Of a stretch of DNA of 60,644 nucleotides, positions 27,456-36,476 are shown piece after piece; within the stretch, counting starts at the first letter, position 1; every line of letters begins with the position of its first letter. Source of the stretch: a candidate division WOR-3 bacterium (GTDB lineage Bacteria; Hydrothermota; Tepidihabitantia; B3-TA06); NCBI GenBank assembly GCA_965649265.1, contig CBFGKC010000002.1, positions 1 to 60,644 on the forward strand. Reading direction: 5' to 3'. A program made the position numbers and the translations under genes. The notes beneath the pieces were generated by a model. That model saw nothing but the letters and a program-made list of their open reading frames with translations, was not told the origin of the DNA and searched no databases.

Positions 27456-28940
27456 TTAGTCCATCGATCGTTCGCCCGGAAGTTCGACCTCGGTGACCCT
27501 GGGAAGATGACCGAACACTCTTGCATACATTTCGGCATATGCGTCCTTGCCTCCGGCAAGCATGAGCGTCAACGGCATAGTCATCCGACCAAGGTGAATC
27601 ATCTGATTGGACAGGCTCTTTATCTCCCACTGGGCATGAGCGTCCGAGCGCAGGCGCGAGAAGTGGTAAAGTTCGCGCGCATTGAGAGTCAAAAGCACCC
27701 GGCGGCGGTGGGCGTTCGTGAGGCAGTAGAACGCAACCTCAAAGTTTTCCTTTGATAATTCGTGATAAAGCTCTGCACTCTGGTCCATGACTCGCATGAA
27801 TTCATGCGATTGGCCTATCTTCTCGACGGGTTCGGGCACGGTCACCCCGAGGGAAACGTCGTAAGGCTGCGGAGAGAAAGTGGACATACGGTGGCGCTTG
27901 AGCTGTCCGAAACAGGAGGAGGAGCATACCACTTCATATGTTAGAGATACGTGTTCGAACTCGCGAAGCATCGAATCGTAAAGTTCCGCCCGCTCGAGAG
28001 CGATCTTTATAAGACGAAGACGCTCATCTTCCGTCATCTCTTCGACTTTATTTCTGCATGATTCGTAGGATGCGTTCGAGACGCGGTGCAGGAGCGAAGC
28101 CAGGAGCTTGTGGTCAGGATCGGGTGAGGTCTCGACCAGCGTGACCTCTGCCTGCGGGAGCTTCTCATACTCGATCTTCTTTGAGAAACCGGCGAGAGCG
28201 GGGTAGGTCTCGACATCGAGGGGATTGGCCTCACAGAAGAGAAGAATGGAGGGTGCAACCGCCCTTGCTTCGTCGTAGAGCCTTGCGCCGAGCGCCCTCG
28301 CCTCGGCTAGCGGATGGGAGGCCAGGCGCCGGATAATGAGCTCAAGTTCACGCGCGTTGACGGTCATGCCTAGCTGGCTCTGCGTCGCGAGGGACGCGAC
28401 ATATCGCGCATCCTCCTTGGCCCTGTTGGCAAGTTCCCTTTTGTTTTCTGCAAGGACCGGATCCTCGTCTGCGTGATAGACCTTGAGCGCGTCGAAGAGC
28501 GAGTGGTAGAGGACATTCTGGGATTCGATGAGCGCGCGGAACTCCTCTCCCCTCCCCAGTTCCAAGATCTCGTGCGGCATTACGTAATCATCCTTCAAGG
28601 TTATGTAGCGCTGGGACTTTTCGGTATAGGAGGCGAGGCGGAAATTCTCCAGAGCCTCGACGGCCAGTCGCGAGACGCCGATGATGTCGAAGTTGAATAC
28701 TGCATGCTCGGCAACGGAGTGATGGCCCATCTCGAATATGATGGTGCGGTTCGAGCCCCGCGCCTTCTCCACTTCCTCGCGCGCCCGTTTGCGGAGTTCG
28801 TCCACCCTCTGCGGGTAACGGCTAATGCGCGCGTAGGCCGCCGAGAGCGTCTCAGGTGTGACAGGGAGGTTCTTTTCTCCGGCCAGAAGACCCTTGATTA
28901 TTGTCGTATCAAGATTGAATCCCGCGAGGATGACTTCCAT
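27456..28940 (-). CDS. thyX: FAD-dependent thymidylate synthase, tandem two-domain form
   Basis: GHHSVAEH, EKSQRY, EDARY, NAREL in domain 1; QLKRHR, NAREL.HF.RLR...HAQWEI in domain 2. Confidence 0.9.
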   Translation of the reverse strand: MEVILAGFNLDTTIIKGLLAGEKNLPVTPETLSAAYARISRYPQRVDELRKRAREEVEKARGSNRTIIFEMGHHSVAEHAVFNFDIIGVSRLAVEALENFRLASYTEKSQRYITLKDDYVMPHEILELGRGEEFRALIESQNVLYHSLFDALKVYHADEDPVLAENKRELANRAKEDARYVASLATQSQLGMTVNARELELIIRRLASHPLAEARALGARLYDEARAVAPSILLFCEANPLDVETYPALAGFSKKIEYEKLPQAEVTLVETSPDPDHKLLASLLHRVSNASYESCRNKVEEMTEDERLRLIKIALERAELYDSMLREFEHVSLTYEVVCSSSCFGQLKRHRMSTFSPQPYDVSLGVTVPEPVEKIGQSHEFMRVMDQSAELYHELSKENFEVAFYCLTNAHRRRVLLTLNARELYHFSRLRSDAHAQWEIKSLSNQMIHLGRMTMPLTLMLAGGKDAYAEMYARVFGHLPRVTEVELPGERSMD

Positions 28941-28980
28941 GTATGGATGATACCCAGCGAGACATGCAGGTCAAGCTAAA

Positions 28981-29020
28981 CCCTCCTCAGCCCTCCTCAG
29001 CAGAATTCCGTTCCGCTCAT
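28981..29020. repeat. Partial repeat family C
   Basis: CCCTCCTCAG x2 followed by CAGAATTCCGTTCCGCTCAT, similar to 1943-1998. Confidence 0.5.
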
Positions 29021-29092
29021 AAGGGAAATTTTCGTCAAAACGAAAGTGGATTGCTCCATGCATTCACCCTGTGATTTCGAGGAGTATTCAGT

Positions 29093-29458
29093 CTAACTCA
29101 GACTGAAATTGAAAGGAATCGTCACCCAGACCCTTACCGGCTCGCCGTCCTTTGTAGGCTTTGTGAACTCCCACTCTTTTGCGGTAGAGGATGCGGCCTC
29201 GTCAAGTTCTTTGTAACCGGAGCTTTGTAAAACCTCAACCTCGTCCACCTTGCCGTCCGAGCCGACAAGCACTTTCACGATAACCTGACCTTCCATTCCT
29301 GATTGTTTTGCGATTGGCGGGTATTCCGGCTTCGGATTGTATGTCGGTGCAAACCCGGAATCGAGCTCGGAGTATACGACGATAGGAACGAATACATCGC
29401 AGGCTGTAACGGCAAGGATTGACAAAGTAACGACAAAGGGCAGTAATCTTTTCACCAT
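29093..29458 (-). CDS. TonB C-terminal domain lipoprotein
   Basis: Lipobox VTAC; PEYP..A...G.EG.V.V.V.V..DG.V..V.V.QSSG..LD.AA. Confidence 0.85.
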   Translation of the reverse strand: MVKRLLPFVVTLSILAVTACDVFVPIVVYSELDSGFAPTYNPKPEYPPIAKQSGMEGQVIVKVLVGSDGKVDEVEVLQSSGYKELDEAASSTAKEWEFTKPTKDGEPVRVWVTIPFNFSLS

Positions 29459-29490
29459 TTTTTACCTCCGGGTTTAATATTAAGGATGGT

Positions 29491-29952
29491 TCAGGATTCG
29501 TCAACGGGTTTGCGCTGGAGCGCCTGCGCCTCCAGTGACTCCTCCTCATCCAGCGCCTGCAGCACCTCGCAGACCTCCCTCAACTGCGCCTCCAGGTTCT
29601 CGCGGATCTCGAGTAGCCTTTCGCGTCTCAGTCGCCGCTCGAACTCCTTCCTTTTGAGCGATTCGGAGTAGGAGATGCGAAAGAATGTCATCACGGCCTC
29701 CTCTATCCAGCGGAAGGCCTGCGGGTTTATTGAGTAGGAAATAAAGTAGCTGTGGCGCTGGTCGGAAACGATACGGAGTTCCTTGAGAACGCGAAGATGC
29801 TGAGATACGGCACTTTGACTTATCCCCAGCCGCTCAGCTAGGTCACCCACGTCTATCGGCCCCTCCTTGAGAACCTCAATTATCTGCATGCGGCTCTCGG
29901 TTCCGAGTGCGCGTAAAATACGCGCCCGTTCTTCTATTGACAATCTTCTCAT
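29491..29952 (-). CDS. ArsR/SmtB family transcriptional regulator with C-terminal coiled coil
   Basis: RALG..SR..I..L...P..V..LA..LGISQSAVSQHLRVL. Confidence 0.9.
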   Translation of the reverse strand: MRRLSIEERARILRALGTESRMQIIEVLKEGPIDVGDLAERLGISQSAVSQHLRVLKELRIVSDQRHSYFISYSINPQAFRWIEEAVMTFFRISYSESLKRKEFERRLRRERLLEIRENLEAQLREVCEVLQALDEEESLEAQALQRKPVDES

Positions 29953-29959
29953 AAGACTA

Positions 29960-29977
29960 TATTAGTGTTCACTAATA
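29960..29977. promoter_or_regulatory. Putative ArsR operator
   Basis: Perfect TATTAGTG-TT-CACTAATA between the promoter (TTGACA-16-TATAAT, 29980-30007 minus) and the start codon. Confidence 0.7.
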
Positions 29978-30219
29978 GAATTATAGGATGGTGTTTCAAT
30001 GTGTCAAGGTTTGATGTTATTGATTAACGTCGTTGATTAGAAGACATCCGCATTTCGCAGAATAGAGGAAGCGGATTGTTGTCAGGCTTGGAATTGAAGG
30101 AGAAAACTTCTGTGTTTTATAATTAATGGAAACGAAAAACAGATAAGAACGCCTGCATAAGTACTGAATTTTCACTTCGTTTGTTTGTATCAGAGTGAAA
30201 GAATCCTAGGACAGGGAAG

Positions 30220-30341
30220 GTGTGTTACGTGTTACGGGTGTTATTTCGTTAGACTTAAGCTGCGTATGGAAATGACCTATGAGATGAAGACTCATCTCAA
30301 GGATCAGACCCTGCCCCGAAGGAGTACGAGGTGTTTCGGGT
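30220..30341. repeat. Repeat family A, most complete single unit
   Basis: GTGTTACGGGTGTTATTT..ATGGAAATGACCTATGAGATGA-AGAC-TCATCTCAAGGATCAGACCCTGCCCCGAAGGAGTACG. Confidence 0.8.
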
Positions 30342-30380
30342 AGAGGTTGACAGATGCTCAAGGTTAAATATATTTCACGG

Positions 30381-31646
30381 ATGATTCGAGCAAGGAGCGC
30401 AAGGGGGGCATCAGTTTTTGTCCTCTCTGTATTCTTTATAAGTGCCTTTTCGTTTGAGGGGCTCGGTGCACAAACCTGTTCCACTGTTGTTATCGATTCG
30501 CTTAAGTCCAACTCGGTGACAATCATTACGTATGACAGCCTGGACAACCCGAATGCACTTGGCTGCGGTTTCTTTATCGGAGGCCAGGGTGACATAATAA
30601 CAAGCAGACATGTAATAAAGGAAGCGCACCGTGTAGACGTGAAAACCTCGGATGGTCGGCTCTGGTCCGTGAAAGGTGTTATAGCTGAGGACAGACAAGC
30701 CGATCTCATAAGACTTACATCTGAAGTACCGCCTCAGGAAACCCATCCCTTGCCAATAGCAGAAACAGCTCCATCTCTCGGAGACTATGCGGTTGTAACA
30801 GGTCCGCAGGTTGAAGGTTCAAAAACATCGAGACAACTCCTTGAAGGAAAGGTTACCGCAGTACGAGAGATAAGAGGGTTTGGCACGCTGCTCGAGATAT
30901 CTACGCCCGTTTCACCGGGCTTCAGCGGCAGTCCTGTGGCAAACTCAGAAGGCGAAGTCATAGGCATAACGACTTTCCAGTTGACAGGCAAGGATACCGT
31001 GAACTTCGCCGTTCCCGTAAAAAGGCTGCTTGAACTTAAGGGCGAAGCGGAAGTTTCTATATATCAATGGGAACACGAACGCGAATCGAGGGAGCCTCTT
31101 TCCAATGACGAGCTGTATCTAAAAGGAGTCAATCTCACATGTACGGGAAACTGGACTGCCGCTCTTGAATGCTTTGACTCTATAGTCAATGAAAGCCCAA
31201 TGCACATACTGGTTTATCCGATGATCGGGTACTGCAATTTGAAACTCGAGCGCTGGGACGAAGCCGCCGAAGCTTACTACCAGGCACTCCTCATTGATCC
31301 ACAAGACGCGGCATCTTATTACGATATGGCTCTCGCTTACGGGAAGCTTGACAGATGGATCGAGGCCAAGGCTTCATACAAACAGGCAATACGCCTTGAC
31401 AGCACCAACACCGATGCTTACTGCGGCCTGGGCATGGCTTATGTCAACCTTGATGAATGGGAAGAAGCAAGAAGAAGTTTCGAAAGGGCAATTGAACTGG
31501 ATCCTAATTCCCCTCGACCGCACTACGGTCTGGGATTGACATGCATGGTTCTGGATGATATGAGCGCCGCATGGCATGAATATCATATTCTCGAGAGCAT
31601 CGATAAAGCCATGGCCGAAGACCTCTATTCAAGATTGAGCGAGTAA
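30381..31646 (+). CDS. Trypsin-like serine protease with TPR repeats
   Basis: GCGFF, TSRHVI, DLIRL, GFSGSPV; C-terminal TPRs; start placed after promoter 30347-30374. Confidence 0.88.
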   Translation: MIRARSARGASVFVLSVFFISAFSFEGLGAQTCSTVVIDSLKSNSVTIITYDSLDNPNALGCGFFIGGQGDIITSRHVIKEAHRVDVKTSDGRLWSVKGVIAEDRQADLIRLTSEVPPQETHPLPIAETAPSLGDYAVVTGPQVEGSKTSRQLLEGKVTAVREIRGFGTLLEISTPVSPGFSGSPVANSEGEVIGITTFQLTGKDTVNFAVPVKRLLELKGEAEVSIYQWEHERESREPLSNDELYLKGVNLTCTGNWTAALECFDSIVNESPMHILVYPMIGYCNLKLERWDEAAEAYYQALLIDPQDAASYYDMALAYGKLDRWIEAKASYKQAIRLDSTNTDAYCGLGMAYVNLDEWEEARRSFERAIELDPNSPRPHYGLGLTCMVLDDMSAAWHEYHILESIDKAMAEDLYSRLSE

Positions 31647-31665
31647 CCTCTCCCCTATTTTTGTT

Positions 31666-32184
31666 CTAGGTGCCCGACATCGCCTTTTTTATAAGTTCGT
31701 CTATCTCGGAGACTATCCTGCGCTTTACATCGTAAGCTTCAAGAGCCAGAACACGTTCCTTTTCGTTTTTCCATTCCATGCTGATGCGGTGAAGAAAGTC
31801 CAGCTTTACCATCGGGTCAATCGCCTTTCCGTCAGGTCCCGTGGTTGTGTCGGCGTAGATCAAAACCTTGGCTTCCATCGTAAGATCGTCTGTTTGAGGC
31901 AGGGCATGAACGATAACGAGCTGAGCCAGATCTCCAAACCCCCTCTCTTCAAGTATCTGGGCGCTTGCGGCTCCATGATCGAGATCGTGAGGCCTTGTCA
32001 AACCGATATCATGCAAGAGAGCTGCAAGGAACACTTTTTCAGTGTAAAAAGAGTGCCCACTCGCTTCGAGAATACGACAGACAGCCTCAGCCCGCTTAGC
32101 GACACCCTCTGAATGCTTCCGCGCTTCTTCATCAAGCCCGATCTCAACAAGCAGCTGACGCGCCTTTTCACGATTGATATTCAT
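31666..32184 (-). CDS. HD domain (HDIG) phosphohydrolase
   Basis: HS..VA, ALLHDIG, HG..SA, YAD. Confidence 0.85.
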   Translation of the reverse strand: MNINREKARQLLVEIGLDEEARKHSEGVAKRAEAVCRILEASGHSFYTEKVFLAALLHDIGLTRPHDLDHGAASAQILEERGFGDLAQLVIVHALPQTDDLTMEAKVLIYADTTTGPDGKAIDPMVKLDFLHRISMEWKNEKERVLALEAYDVKRRIVSEIDELIKKAMSGT

Positions 32185-33035
32185 TATTTCAAAGTTTTTA
32201 GATAGTTTCCACGGGATGCGACGTTTGTCAAGTCCTGTTCAAGGATTCGGGGCAAAACCGCTGAGGCAAATTCTTCGGGGGTTTCTACAACAGGATTGTG
32301 AACTGCCCCATTAATTTTCACTACATCCAATATCCGGAAACACCCCTTATACATATTCTCGAATGCGGCTACCTGTCCGAACGTTTCTTGAGGCATGGGA
32401 AAGATGGTCGGAACTTTAATTTTCGGTCGCGCATAAAGATTTGTCTCTCGCGCGTAAAGATACATCGCCCTTAGGTATGATGCCATTGAGTGTACGGGAA
32501 CCACCGAAAGCCTGCGTTCGGTGTAGCCTGAACCTTTCCCTTTTTCTTCCAGGGGAAATGCACGCAGGACAATTTTACGTCCGGTAGGAGTCTTGAACAT
32601 GAACCTGAGCAGGAGATCCTTGATGACCGGGTAGAGAAGCAGGTAGAAGTAGTCGGGCATGAAGGCGTGGGGTTCATTGAGGATGAGTGATGAAAGACGT
32701 TCAGGATGAGTATATGCATACTCAAGGGCTACGTTAGCACCTATGCAGTTGCCCATGAGATGGATACGCTCGAGTTCTAAATTGGCACGAAAAGCCTCGA
32801 CCCAGCGAACCATATCCTGGAGCTCGTAGCGCCCCTTTCGTGAATGGGCGGTTCCGAAGCCGGGCCATGCGAGCTGGTAAATCCTGAAGTGTTTCTCAAA
32901 CCAAGGCAGGATACCGTCATAGGTTCGTTCGTGCCCAACCAGACCATGCAGACAAAGAAGGGGAGGCCCCTCCCCTGTCACTTGATAACTTATATTTTCA
33001 TCGCCGGTGTTAATCTGTGGAAACCGTTCAAGCAT
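32184..33035 (-). CDS. Alpha/beta hydrolase fold protein
   Basis: LLCLHG, PGFG, GNCIG nucleophile elbow, C-terminal His (AVHNP). Confidence 0.85.
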   Translation of the reverse strand: MLERFPQINTGDENISYQVTGEGPPLLCLHGLVGHERTYDGILPWFEKHFRIYQLAWPGFGTAHSRKGRYELQDMVRWVEAFRANLELERIHLMGNCIGANVALEYAYTHPERLSSLILNEPHAFMPDYFYLLLYPVIKDLLLRFMFKTPTGRKIVLRAFPLEEKGKGSGYTERRLSVVPVHSMASYLRAMYLYARETNLYARPKIKVPTIFPMPQETFGQVAAFENMYKGCFRILDVVKINGAVHNPVVETPEEFASAVLPRILEQDLTNVASRGNYLKTLK

Positions 33036-33093
33036 ATCACAATGATAGAGAATTAAGGATTACTGTCAAGAATAAGCTCGTGCAAGCGGAGAA

Positions 33094-33789
33094 TTATTTT
33101 GTTAAAAGTCTTTGTTTGGCTTCTTCGATGATTGCGCGGCCCTCAGAAGTACCTATACGAGTAGCTCCTGCTCTTATCATTGCCATCGTCTGATCGAGAT
33201 TGCGTATCCCGCCCGAGGCTTTCACGCCGATGGCGCCATTCACAGCTTTGTAAAGAAGTTCCACATCGGCAACTGTCGCACCTGGGGCAACAATACCGGT
33301 TGACGTTTTCACGAAATCGGAACCTGCATCAGCAACAATACGTGCGGCAAGTTTCTTCTCCTCATCAGAAAGCCAGCCCGTTTCGATAATGACCTTGAGT
33401 ATCTTGCCCTCGGTGCGGCGTCTTGCCCGTTCGATCTCTCCTGCCACCCAGATATGATCACCAGATTTGAGACGACCGATGTTCATGACCATGTCGAATT
33501 CGTCGGCGCCCATTTCCAAGCCCTGCTCTATCTCGAGAAGCTTGGCCTTTGTTAAATGCGCACCGTGGGGATACCCTATCGCTATACCCAATTTGACTGG
33601 CGAAACCTTTATAATAGGCTTTGCCTCGGCTATCCATGAGGGGTGAAGAAAGACCGCCGCAAAGTTATAAAGCACGGCTTCTTCAAGAAAATGTTCAACA
33701 TCTGAGCGTATTGCCTGAGGCCTGAGCATCGAGGCGTCAATAACCCTTGCAAGAGTTTCGGCATTCCGGGGAGGTTCAATCGTTTTCAT
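33094..33789 (-). CDS. deoC: Deoxyribose-phosphate aldolase
   Basis: GADEFDMVMN, KVIIET, FVKTSTG, VKASGGIR, RIGTS. Confidence 0.95.
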   Translation of the reverse strand: MKTIEPPRNAETLARVIDASMLRPQAIRSDVEHFLEEAVLYNFAAVFLHPSWIAEAKPIIKVSPVKLGIAIGYPHGAHLTKAKLLEIEQGLEMGADEFDMVMNIGRLKSGDHIWVAGEIERARRRTEGKILKVIIETGWLSDEEKKLAARIVADAGSDFVKTSTGIVAPGATVADVELLYKAVNGAIGVKASGGIRNLDQTMAMIRAGATRIGTSEGRAIIEEAKQRLLTK

Positions 33790-35147
33790 TTGAATCTTAT
33801 CCTTGTCCCATCTTTGCTATCTTCTATTATGAGACCCGCTGCCAGTGTCATATCTCTGAGCTTATCCGACCAATCGAAGGCTTTAGCCTTTCTGAGCTCA
33901 GTACGAAAGTTAACCAGAAGATTCTGAAGGATTTCTAAGTCTTTTCCACCCCTGTCGCGTCTGTAAGAAAAACCCAACACATTCAGGACAACGTTCAATT
34001 TAGCGCCGATTTCTGCAAGAACCGATTTATCAGAAGCTCTTAGTGCCTCGTTACCCTGGCGAACAAGATCAAAAATCATTCCCAGAGCCTTTGGCGTATT
34101 GAAATCATCAGACAGAACCTCATCAAGCTCCGGGTACTCCACAACCAGAGACCCATTCGATAAGCTTGAACTCGACGCAGCAAGGAAAGTTGTAATGCGC
34201 TCCCATGCCGATTTCGCCTCATCCATACCATCTTTGGAGTATTCCGTCTGTGCACGGTAGTGAACCTTAAGGATAAACATCCGCAGAACGTTAGGGTCAT
34301 ATAGTTCAAGAACATCGCGGGCAACGACAACGTGGCCCGTAGACTTGCTCATCTTTTCACCACGAAGATTGAGCATCTCGTTGTGCATCCAGAGTCTCGC
34401 GAATCCCTTGCCGGTTGCCGCTTCATACTGGGCAATCTCGTTCTCGTGATGAGGAAATACCAAGTCCTCACCTCCGGCGTGGATGTCAAACTCCGGACCG
34501 AGGTAATGAGTGGACATGGCCGAACATTCAATATGCCAGCCCGGCCTGCCCTTTCCCCACGGCGAAAACCAGTAGGGTTCTCCAGGTTTTGCCGCCTTCC
34601 ACAGTGCGAAATCGAGCGGATCGCGCTTCTTTTCGCTTGGATCGACCCTTGCTCCTGACTCAAGCTCGTCTATATTCTTGCCCGAGAGAAGGCCGTATCG
34701 CGGGTAGGAGCGTACGTCAAAATACACGTCTCCACCGGACTCGTACGCATGACCTTTCTCAACAAGCTGAGAAACAAGATCAACTATCTCTTCGATATGT
34801 TGCGTGGCGCGAGGCATGACTGTCGGAGGTTCTATATTGAGAGCGGTAGTGACATCAACGAGTTCCCTTGTATTCCGCTCTGCAAGCATCCGCCAGTCAA
34901 TACCCTCTTTTTTCGACTTCTCTATGACCTTGTCGTCGATATCGGTAATATTCTGAACGAGCCTCACCTCGTAGCCCTTCCACTTAAGAAACCGTCTGAA
35001 GGCGTCCATGACGATGTATCCTCTGAGATGCCCGACGTGAGGTCTGGCCTGCACGGTCATACCGCAATGATATATTCTTGCTGTGTTTTCTCTCGGTTCA
35101 AGTGGTTTCTTTTTGCGCTCCAGCGTATCAAAAATCTCGATCTGCAT
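33786..35147 (-). CDS. cysS: Cysteine--tRNA ligase
   Basis: HVGH, NITDIDDK, DFALWK, GRPGWHIECSAM, FPHHENE, KMSKS. Confidence 0.97.
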   Translation of the reverse strand: MQIEIFDTLERKKKPLEPRENTARIYHCGMTVQARPHVGHLRGYIVMDAFRRFLKWKGYEVRLVQNITDIDDKVIEKSKKEGIDWRMLAERNTRELVDVTTALNIEPPTVMPRATQHIEEIVDLVSQLVEKGHAYESGGDVYFDVRSYPRYGLLSGKNIDELESGARVDPSEKKRDPLDFALWKAAKPGEPYWFSPWGKGRPGWHIECSAMSTHYLGPEFDIHAGGEDLVFPHHENEIAQYEAATGKGFARLWMHNEMLNLRGEKMSKSTGHVVVARDVLELYDPNVLRMFILKVHYRAQTEYSKDGMDEAKSAWERITTFLAASSSSLSNGSLVVEYPELDEVLSDDFNTPKALGMIFDLVRQGNEALRASDKSVLAEIGAKLNVVLNVLGFSYRRDRGGKDLEILQNLLVNFRTELRKAKAFDWSDKLRDMTLAAGLIIEDSKDGTRIRFK

Positions 35148-35189
35148 ACTTCATTTTAAAGGAAAGAATTCTATTGTCAACGAAAAGAA

Positions 35190-36476
35190 CTAACGAGTTA
35201 TTATGAATTTGAATGAGTGCGTTTTTGCAACGTCAGATTTAAGGAAGTAGATCCCTGCCGGCAGCCGGGAAAGAGAAATCTTCTGCGGCTTCGGCGAAGA
35301 TTCGAGCATTACGTACTCAACTTGTCTGCCAGATACATCAAAGATTCGGCATATATTTCCTGAACGAGATACGACGGATAACTCCCTTCCAACAATCACG
35401 GTCGGTGTAAGGATTTCAAACGGGAATGCATCATCTGTATTCTCAACTACATAAGAATTACCATTGTTTAAAAAAACTTGCATGCTGTCTATAGACGAGT
35501 TACCAGCCGCATCTTTAGCCGTAACCACGACCCAGTAATCACCGTCAGGGAACTCGGCGGTGTGCCAGCAGGAATCATAATCTTCCGGTTCGCGCAGCGA
35601 ATCGCCGTCTGTATTGGTCAGGATGTAGAAGTATTTTCGATTGGTGTACCCGTCGGAAAAGTCGGAGTGACAAACATTATCATAAGAGTAAAAGAGATCG
35701 ACGTGCTGACTGATGTCCTGAAGGTATCCGTCAAGTACAAAGGAACGTATTGGCCCGAGCGAGCGTTCACCGTGGATTTCATAGAAAACCTCATATGGAG
35801 CAAGGTTCTCCCAGCCTGTGTCAGGGACATCCTCCCAGTACTCGCCAGTCTTGTCATGGATTCTGGCAATGATATCGACGTCTCCCTGAAGATTCGCCGA
35901 CGAGAGGTAATTGTTTGAATTGTTCTCCCTGAAGGCAAAGAGCTGGTTTTCGAGTGCGTTCGTGAAGGAGGGGGGGAGGGTATCCCCTTTCGGCAAAAGC
36001 TCTGGCCACGGGTTATCGATGAAGAGCCAGTCCGGATACCAGGTTGCGCCTGCGCTCCTTATCCTTGCCCAGTGACAGTGATCGAATCCCCCTGGCCAGG
36101 GAACGACAAAGCCAATCAGGTCTCCCGTTTCAACGATTTCTCCGACCTCAACGTGATCACGTGTCGGATCGATGTGAGCGTAAAGCCATCCGTCACAGGA
36201 ATCACTGGTTTCGGTATCGGCAATAGCCAGGCGCCAATGAAACTCGGCCGATATTGTAACCCATGCTTTAACTACTCCCGGAGCCACGGCAAACACCGGC
36301 TGGCCTACGGTAACGCCCATGACGTCTATCCCTGGATGCAGATATGGAGCATCTGGATAAAAGGTCTGAATAGCTCCCCATGAGTTACCTACAGGTCTTG
36401 CAGCATCAATATCTGCTACAGGCCAGCCTGTACTGAACAAAAGACACGGAAATAAAGCTATCAGCAGTCTTATCAC
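35190..36476 (-). CDS. M23-like peptidase with Ig-like and T9SS-like C-terminal domains
   Basis: HPGID, YAHI, HCH motifs; GTG start in GTGA overlap; FDVSGRQV..LPAGIYFL tail. Confidence 0.75.
   Translation of the reverse strand: MIRLLIALFPCLLFSTGWPVADIDAARPVGNSWGAIQTFYPDAPYLHPGIDVMGVTVGQPVFAVAPGVVKAWVTISAEFHWRLAIADTETSDSCDGWLYAHIDPTRDHVEVGEIVETGDLIGFVVPWPGGFDHCHWARIRSAGATWYPDWLFIDNPWPELLPKGDTLPPSFTNALENQLFAFRENNSNNYLSSANLQGDVDIIARIHDKTGEYWEDVPDTGWENLAPYEVFYEIHGERSLGPIRSFVLDGYLQDISQHVDLFYSYDNVCHSDFSDGYTNRKYFYILTNTDGDSLREPEDYDSCWHTAEFPDGDYWVVVTAKDAAGNSSIDSMQVFLNNGNSYVVENTDDAFPFEILTPTVIVGRELSVVSRSGNICRIFDVSGRQVEYVMLESSPKPQKISLSRLPAGIYFLKSDVAKTHSFKFIITR

Noticed and set aside
8062-30341. Family A as integron attC sites
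   Set aside because: GTTACGG does not fit GTTRRRY, there is no RYYYAAC inverse core or integrase, and the flanked genes have their own promoters.
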